Assembly: GCA_008632985.1 (NCBI GenBank)
Contig: QPGO01000008.1
Span: 724,979 to 788,978 of the forward strand
From: Psammoneis japonica
Taxonomy: Eukaryota
Reading direction: 5' to 3'
Length of the DNA: 64,000 nt
Shown one piece after another: positions 58,724 to 64,000 of this stretch. Position 1 is the first letter of the stretch. Each line of letters begins with the position of its first letter. A program made the position numbers and the translations under genes. Below the pieces are notes generated by a model that worked only from the letters and a program-made list of their open reading frames with translations, did not search any database and was not told the origin of the DNA.

Positions 58724-60814
58724 ATGTCGGAAGTTAAAAAGAAGGAGAGTGGCGATGAAGGCGCGACTCGGAATGTGCTTTCTGCACGAGATTTGGAATG
58801 GGCCGTGAATTCAGCAGAGCTAGAAGAAGAGCACGCCAAGGAGAATGGGCAGATTGTTCGCACGCGCTTCCCTCCAGAACCCAATGGCTATCTTCATATC
58901 GGACATGCAAAGTCCATGAATATGAATTTCAGCTTGGCCTTTGAAAAGCTCGGAGTCCCGAAGGAGAATCGCCGCACGATTTTTCGATACGATGATACCA
59001 ACCCCGACGCGGAAGAAGGAGAATACATTGAATCGCTCCGTCGTGACTTGGAGTGGCTGGGATGGGAGCCAGAACGCACCACCTATTCGTCTGATAATTT
59101 TCAGAAACTACATGATCTAGCTGTGGAACTTATCAAGAAGGGACTCGCCTACGTTTGCGACATGAACAAAAACGAAATGGAGGCGCAGCGAGAGTTGGCT
59201 CAGAAACGAGCTGCCCTTCGATCTACCGGCAAGGATCCAGACGCGGAGGCCCCCATTCCGTCTCCTGATATCTTACCCGGTCGTAACCGTGACACACCAG
59301 TGGAACGGAACCTGGATTTGTTTTCCAAGATGAAGATGGGACTCTTTGACGAGGGAACGTACACGTTACGACTCAAAATGGATCTCGAGTCGACTAATCC
59401 CAACATGTATGATCTTGTGGCTTATCGGATCAAGTATACGCCTCATCCACATGCTGGCGAAGGGTGGTGTATTTATCCAGCCTATGACTTTACGCACGGC
59501 ATCTGTGATTCGCTCGAGCACATTGATTACTCCATTTGTACGTTGGAGTTTGAAACAAGACGAGAGCCATATTACTGGATCTTGTGGGCTCTTGACCTTT
59601 ATCGTCCAAAGGTGTATGAAATGTCCAGACTCAACATCCAGTACACGGTACTCAGCAAGAGGCGGTTGCTCAAGCTGGTGAACAACAACTACGTAAGAGG
59701 CTGGGATGATCCTCGCATGCCAACCATTTCAGGGTTGCGGAGACGCGGTTACACCAAGGAAATCATCAATGGCTTTTGCAACGATGTTGGAGCCACGAGA
59801 GCCATGAATGTGGTTGAAATGGACAAGCTCCACCAGACCGCGCGACTCCAGTTGAGCGCCACCTCGAGACGAGCCATGGCGGCCTTGGATCCGATCAAGG
59901 TGACCATTTCCAACTTTGACGAAGCAACCACCAACGAGGATGGAACCAAGGCGGAACTCACATTTGAGGTCCAGAACAGTCCCACGGATGCTTCACTTGG
60001 AAGTCACACCGTGACTCTCACTCCTGTTGTCTTTATTGATAGCTCTGACTTTCGACTCGAAGACTCGAGTAACTACTACGGCCTTGCGCCCAACAAGGCG
60101 GTGGGACTCAAGTTTCATGGTGGCAACTTGATTTGCGACGAGGTAGTTAAAGATGCCGATCGCGTTAGTGAGCTCACGTGTCGTCTGGATACTTCCAAGG
60201 ATCGGCCGCGTCCCAAGACCTACATTACGTGGGTGCCGTCGGATGGTGTAGCCGCCGAGGTACGGGTGTACAATAATCTCTTCACCATCCCCGAACCGAC
60301 CGATACATGGGAGGACGAGATTAATCCTGAAAGTGAGATTGTTTATCCCAACGCCATTGTTGATCCGTCTGTTCGCGAGGTAGTTGATGCCACGAAGATA
60401 GACAAGTGGAAGTCAAACGTGGCGCTTCAGTTTGAGCGAGTCGGTTACTTTGTTGTGGATTTGGACACCACGTACGACGCCGCCTCTAACACGGGCAAGC
60501 TCGTCTTCAACAGGACGGTTTCTCTCAAGGAAGAAGTTACCAAGAAAGCAATGTCGGCCGAAGAAGAGGCGAAACTCGAAGCACGCCGTGCGCGAGCCAA
60601 GAAGGATTTAGCAGCCAAGGAACTACGCATGAAGATTGATCCAAAAGATCTGTTCCAGGTGGCCGAGGAGTACAAGGGCAAATACAGCAAATTCAAGGAA
60701 GATGGACTCCCTACCCATTTGGTTGATGGTACCGAGTTAAGCAAAAGCGCAATGAAGAAGCTAGAGAAGGAGAGGCAGAAGCACATCAAGGCCCTTGCCA
60801 AATGGAAAAAGTAG
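58724..60814 (+). CDS. QARS1: Glutaminyl-tRNA synthetase
   Basis: TRFPPEPNGYLHIGHAK, SICTLEF, VLSKR, GWDDPRMPT, QFERVGYF and FNRTVSLKE. Confidence 0.95.
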   Translation: MSEVKKKESGDEGATRNVLSARDLEWAVNSAELEEEHAKENGQIVRTRFPPEPNGYLHIGHAKSMNMNFSLAFEKLGVPKENRRTIFRYDDTNPDAEEGEYIESLRRDLEWLGWEPERTTYSSDNFQKLHDLAVELIKKGLAYVCDMNKNEMEAQRELAQKRAALRSTGKDPDAEAPIPSPDILPGRNRDTPVERNLDLFSKMKMGLFDEGTYTLRLKMDLESTNPNMYDLVAYRIKYTPHPHAGEGWCIYPAYDFTHGICDSLEHIDYSICTLEFETRREPYYWILWALDLYRPKVYEMSRLNIQYTVLSKRRLLKLVNNNYVRGWDDPRMPTISGLRRRGYTKEIINGFCNDVGATRAMNVVEMDKLHQTARLQLSATSRRAMAALDPIKVTISNFDEATTNEDGTKAELTFEVQNSPTDASLGSHTVTLTPVVFIDSSDFRLEDSSNYYGLAPNKAVGLKFHGGNLICDEVVKDADRVSELTCRLDTSKDRPRPKTYITWVPSDGVAAEVRVYNNLFTIPEPTDTWEDEINPESEIVYPNAIVDPSVREVVDATKIDKWKSNVALQFERVGYFVVDLDTTYDAASNTGKLVFNRTVSLKEEVTKKAMSAEEEAKLEARRARAKKDLAAKELRMKIDPKDLFQVAEEYKGKYSKFKEDGLPTHLVDGTELSKSAMKKLEKERQKHIKALAKWKK

Positions 60815-61183
60815 ATATTAAGACGATGCCGAAAGCGCGGCTTTTCTGGGTACGACGTGGTTCAAAGATACTTTAGTAGTTACAATCGTTTTTGAGACAG
60901 CATGATTCTAAAGTAAACCTTTGTCTTTTTTTCTTCCCCTTGGAACACAGCAAGTCGGCTTCTCTTCAACAGACCGGTGGACGGCTCTCTCTACAGGCTG
61001 TTGGTCCACTCTGCCGTAAACTGGCGTTGCATAGGTAGGATAATCAACGCCGTGTTCATATACACAGAGAGACCGTTACACTTCAACCACAGACAGAAAA
61101 TGGCTGCCCCGGAGATCATAGGGGTTGTTCTCCACCAAAAGTTCACTTGAAGTTTTTCAGGACGGATAGGATGTCCGCAGCCG

Positions 61184-62296
61184 TCACAGTACCGTTGGAG
61201 GAGGGATGCTCAATATTTTCTTTTTGACACATGTCGGCCGCGATGGGTTCTGGAGCGGCTGCGGCTGAAACCATTGACAGGGATGCATTGGTAGCCGATG
61301 GGAGGGAAGCAAAGGTGGGCGCGTGCTTCCGTTGGGATAGTGAGTCATGGCATGAGTACTCGTAGATGCTATGTAACGAGCATGGAGACCATTGAATGCA
61401 GATGTCGGTGCAACTGCAGGTTGCACCCAGCTGTTGCCCTGCCTGTAGTGTGAGCCAAATGCAGGCACGACAGGCATGGGGTACCGGTAGGTTTGAGCGG
61501 GTGGATGCTGAAGCGTCGTCGAAGGCACGATAGGCTTGGGCCGGACGGGTGCAAACGTCGTCGTAGCCGAGGGCATAGTGGTCGTGGACGCAGGTACGTT
61601 AGAAACTGGCGTGGCGACTTTCGGTGGTGGTGGGGCCGAGGCCTTTATCTCCTTTTGGCGAAGAGTAAAGGTTTTCATTTCGCCGTCGTAACGAGCACGA
61701 TCGGCAACTGACTTCTTCTTGTATTCCTCCCGAAGCTCGGGAGAAATGTTCTTCCACCGATGTGAAATATCCTTCATGAGAGATGGAAGCATGTGCTGTT
61801 TGCTACCGTTTGCGTTGTTACTGGTGACGCCGCCGTCAACAAGCCGGCGATACTCGTCCTTGCAAAAAAGAGTGTAGGCGCTACGAGGCCTCTTGGGTTC
61901 CCCCTTGGCTCTTGTGCCCTTTCTCTTCTTCTTCTTCTTGCTCGAGTTAGCAGCTTTTTGTTTCGACGGCTTTGCGCTCGGCGGGATCGGCGCGGGAATA
62001 GTAATGCCGACGCCCATGTACTGTAAATGCGTTTGAACGCCGTTTGCACTGGCATTCGCGTTGACTCGTTCTTGGTGAGTTGCCATGGAGAGATCCGCCG
62101 TAGATCCTCCTGTAGAAACTGGATAAAAAGAAGGATGCACGTTCCATCCCTGTTCATTCGATTGACTCGAGGTAGTGACGAGCGGCACACCTTGTTTATG
62201 CAACGAGGCGACTGGCGGTGGTGGTTGAGCGATGTGTGCCGATGTGGGTTTTGTAGAGACCTTCATGGTTGACCGAGCGACAGCAACAAATGACAA
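61184..62296 (-). CDS. HMG-box protein
   Basis: PKRPRSAYTLF...ISHRWKNIS...Y...DRARYDGEM, with low-complexity flanks. Confidence 0.85.
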   Translation of the reverse strand: MSFVAVARSTMKVSTKPTSAHIAQPPPPVASLHKQGVPLVTTSSQSNEQGWNVHPSFYPVSTGGSTADLSMATHQERVNANASANGVQTHLQYMGVGITIPAPIPPSAKPSKQKAANSSKKKKKRKGTRAKGEPKRPRSAYTLFCKDEYRRLVDGGVTSNNANGSKQHMLPSLMKDISHRWKNISPELREEYKKKSVADRARYDGEMKTFTLRQKEIKASAPPPPKVATPVSNVPASTTTMPSATTTFAPVRPKPIVPSTTLQHPPAQTYRYPMPVVPAFGSHYRQGNSWVQPAVAPTSAFNGLHARYIASTSTHAMTHYPNGSTRPPLLPSHRLPMHPCQWFQPQPLQNPSRPTCVKKKILSIPPPTVL

Positions 62297-62618
62297 TGGC
62301 GTGATTTCGTGCGGATCTCAAATTAAGCAAATGACTCTTTTTGCTGTCGGCGGAGAATGACAATGTCTCGGATGATCGAGTCGAACGAAACAAGAAATTC
62401 AAAAATGGCGCGAAGCGAATTTTCTCGCTTCATTTCCGGGTGCCTTGGTACAATTGGAACGTACGACATGCAGGCAAAATCGGCAGACGCGATAATGAAA
62501 CATGAAACGACAATGACACGGGCTGTGTGTTAGCGTTTTCAGTTTGCTTTTGTGATTGCAATACATAAGCATCTTTGCTCATATTATCACACTAAAGTAC
62601 GTTCGTCTCATTTGCAGT

Positions 62619-63569
62619 ATGGATCAGAGCGCCACCTCTTTTCGTGAAGAAGAAGAACGCGACCTTCGAGCAGCACTCCAGTTTACGGTAGACAAAATTT
62701 GTGCCTCCGACGGCAATGATGCTGACGACGATTCACCTTCTGGAGGAACCGCCATGAGTCGATCGGCCGTCAAGGCTTTGACAGAGCTTGCCTTTCAGTA
62801 CGCAACTACCAGTTTATCGAATGATTTGGTTTGGTTTTCGCGGCACGCCAATCGACGCACAATCACTGTGGACGACGTGAAACTTGTAGCAAGGAAAAAC
62901 CCCAACCACTTGCTCTCGCAATTAGAAAGCTTTGCAGAACAACGAAAAGTCGCAAGAGGTGTTCATACAATGGAAGCGGTGGAAAAAGAGCGTAATCATA
63001 GCAAATCACCCAAGAAACCGCAACGGAAAGCTGCCGCAAACAAGACGAAAAAAGCTACTTCTGGTCGTAAGAAAGCACCGAGTTTGAATGAGCTGCGACG
63101 GAAGGAGGCGAGAGAGCGCATAATGAACGAAATAAACGGAAGTGATTCATCCGACAACTCCATGATGGAAATAAAGCCGCAAGAAATTGATACGCCAAGC
63201 AGTGAAAGTGACTCGTCCGGTCTACCTATGCCAATCGGTAAGAAAAAGAAAGACAAGAACACATTTTCGCTACAACGAGACCCGATCCTCGACAACAGCA
63301 GCAGCAGTGACGACGATGACCTTTTGAAGGGCAGAGAGTCACACCGGAGCTTGAAACGACTCAAACTAGGGAAAAGCCAAGAGACGGATTCTCGCATGAA
63401 GTCTGCCTCCGCTTCAACCTCAGCTCTGCTCAAACACGATGATCTATCCGACACTGAGAGCGACGACTCTAGCATTCGAGGAATTGCCGGCAACGACAAG
63501 GAAAACACGATCAAGTCACAGAATAGTGTAGAAGTACTTGAGGTTCAAAGCCAAGACTTTGAATACTAG
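62619..63569 (+). CDS. CENPS: CENP-S/MHF1 histone-fold protein with a long disordered C-terminal tail
   Basis: LRAALQFTVDKIC...LSNDLVWFSRHANRRTITVDDVKLVARKN. Confidence 0.85.
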   Translation: MDQSATSFREEEERDLRAALQFTVDKICASDGNDADDDSPSGGTAMSRSAVKALTELAFQYATTSLSNDLVWFSRHANRRTITVDDVKLVARKNPNHLLSQLESFAEQRKVARGVHTMEAVEKERNHSKSPKKPQRKAAANKTKKATSGRKKAPSLNELRRKEARERIMNEINGSDSSDNSMMEIKPQEIDTPSSESDSSGLPMPIGKKKKDKNTFSLQRDPILDNSSSSDDDDLLKGRESHRSLKRLKLGKSQETDSRMKSASASTSALLKHDDLSDTESDDSSIRGIAGNDKENTIKSQNSVEVLEVQSQDFEY

Positions 63570-64000
63570 TTGATCCGAACACGAGACGTACTGGAATGTT
63601 CGTTTGAGTGAGTCGCCCAACTCATCTAGAGTAGAGCATAGAGGAACAGCCAGCATCAATCTTGTAGTAACGATTACGTTTTTGAGTGAGACGTAATGGC
63701 ATGCTGCGTGACCGTAGAAAGAGGTAGGTAGGGACTTGAGCAATCTTGATCCTCATAGAAACCGCGCAACTCCTTTGGCCGCCCTAATGGAAAGAGCCAC
63801 GTTTATAAATACAACGTAATTCCGAACCTGAGCCGCTCTGTACGTTGGTTTGAATGAGCACAACTCCTCTAGAGTACTGTACGGGTAGAGTATAGAGCTA
63901 CATTCAGTGGCAGAAAGTAGCACAGTCCTGACGGAGCGACAGAAGAGGATTCGGCCATTTCACCGTAATTATCATTGCGGAGAGAAATAGCAAGACATAA

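Noticed and set aside
50282..63514. Long antisense ORFs over NCAPH2, GlnRS and CENP-S
   Set aside because: Shadow frames of real coding sequence, with no independent motifs.
48670..63569. Functional cluster of chromosome and cell-cycle genes (XPA-like, NCAPH2, CDK, HMG, CENP-S)
   Set aside because: They are interspersed with unrelated genes, and chance is adequate without synteny data.

Overview
Eukaryotic genomic DNA, most likely a pennate diatom. This is inferred from short GT-AG introns, compact head-to-head genes and CoDi-type Copia and diatom-type Gypsy proteins. Gene-dense tracts alternate with three transposon-derived blocks (~1.7-16.4 kb, ~26.2-33.5 kb, ~35.4-41.3 kb). The genes include a DUF5692-like and a DUF389 membrane protein, ARL1, PSMG3, a ZnF-UBP-sirtuin, a GT-B-like protein, a MYND protein, FOXRED1, LYRM4, an XPA-like protein, NCAPH2, a TPM-RING protein, a PSTAIRE CDK, GlnRS, an HMG-box protein and CENP-S. 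The repeat blocks hold a Gypsy element with a nested Copia (carrying two MITEs) and a TRIM, a second Copia, and unclassified relics. The standout signal is that the repeat blocks have lost almost every TpA dinucleotide through TA->TG/CA transitions (A:T->G:C), on top of ordinary CpG decay. LTR pairs, a target-site duplication and catalytic motifs (YIDD->CMDD) show this directly. It looks like repeat-targeted hypermutation running opposite to fungal RIP, with sharp edges next to genes. Coordinates and counts were read by eye and need computational confirmation.
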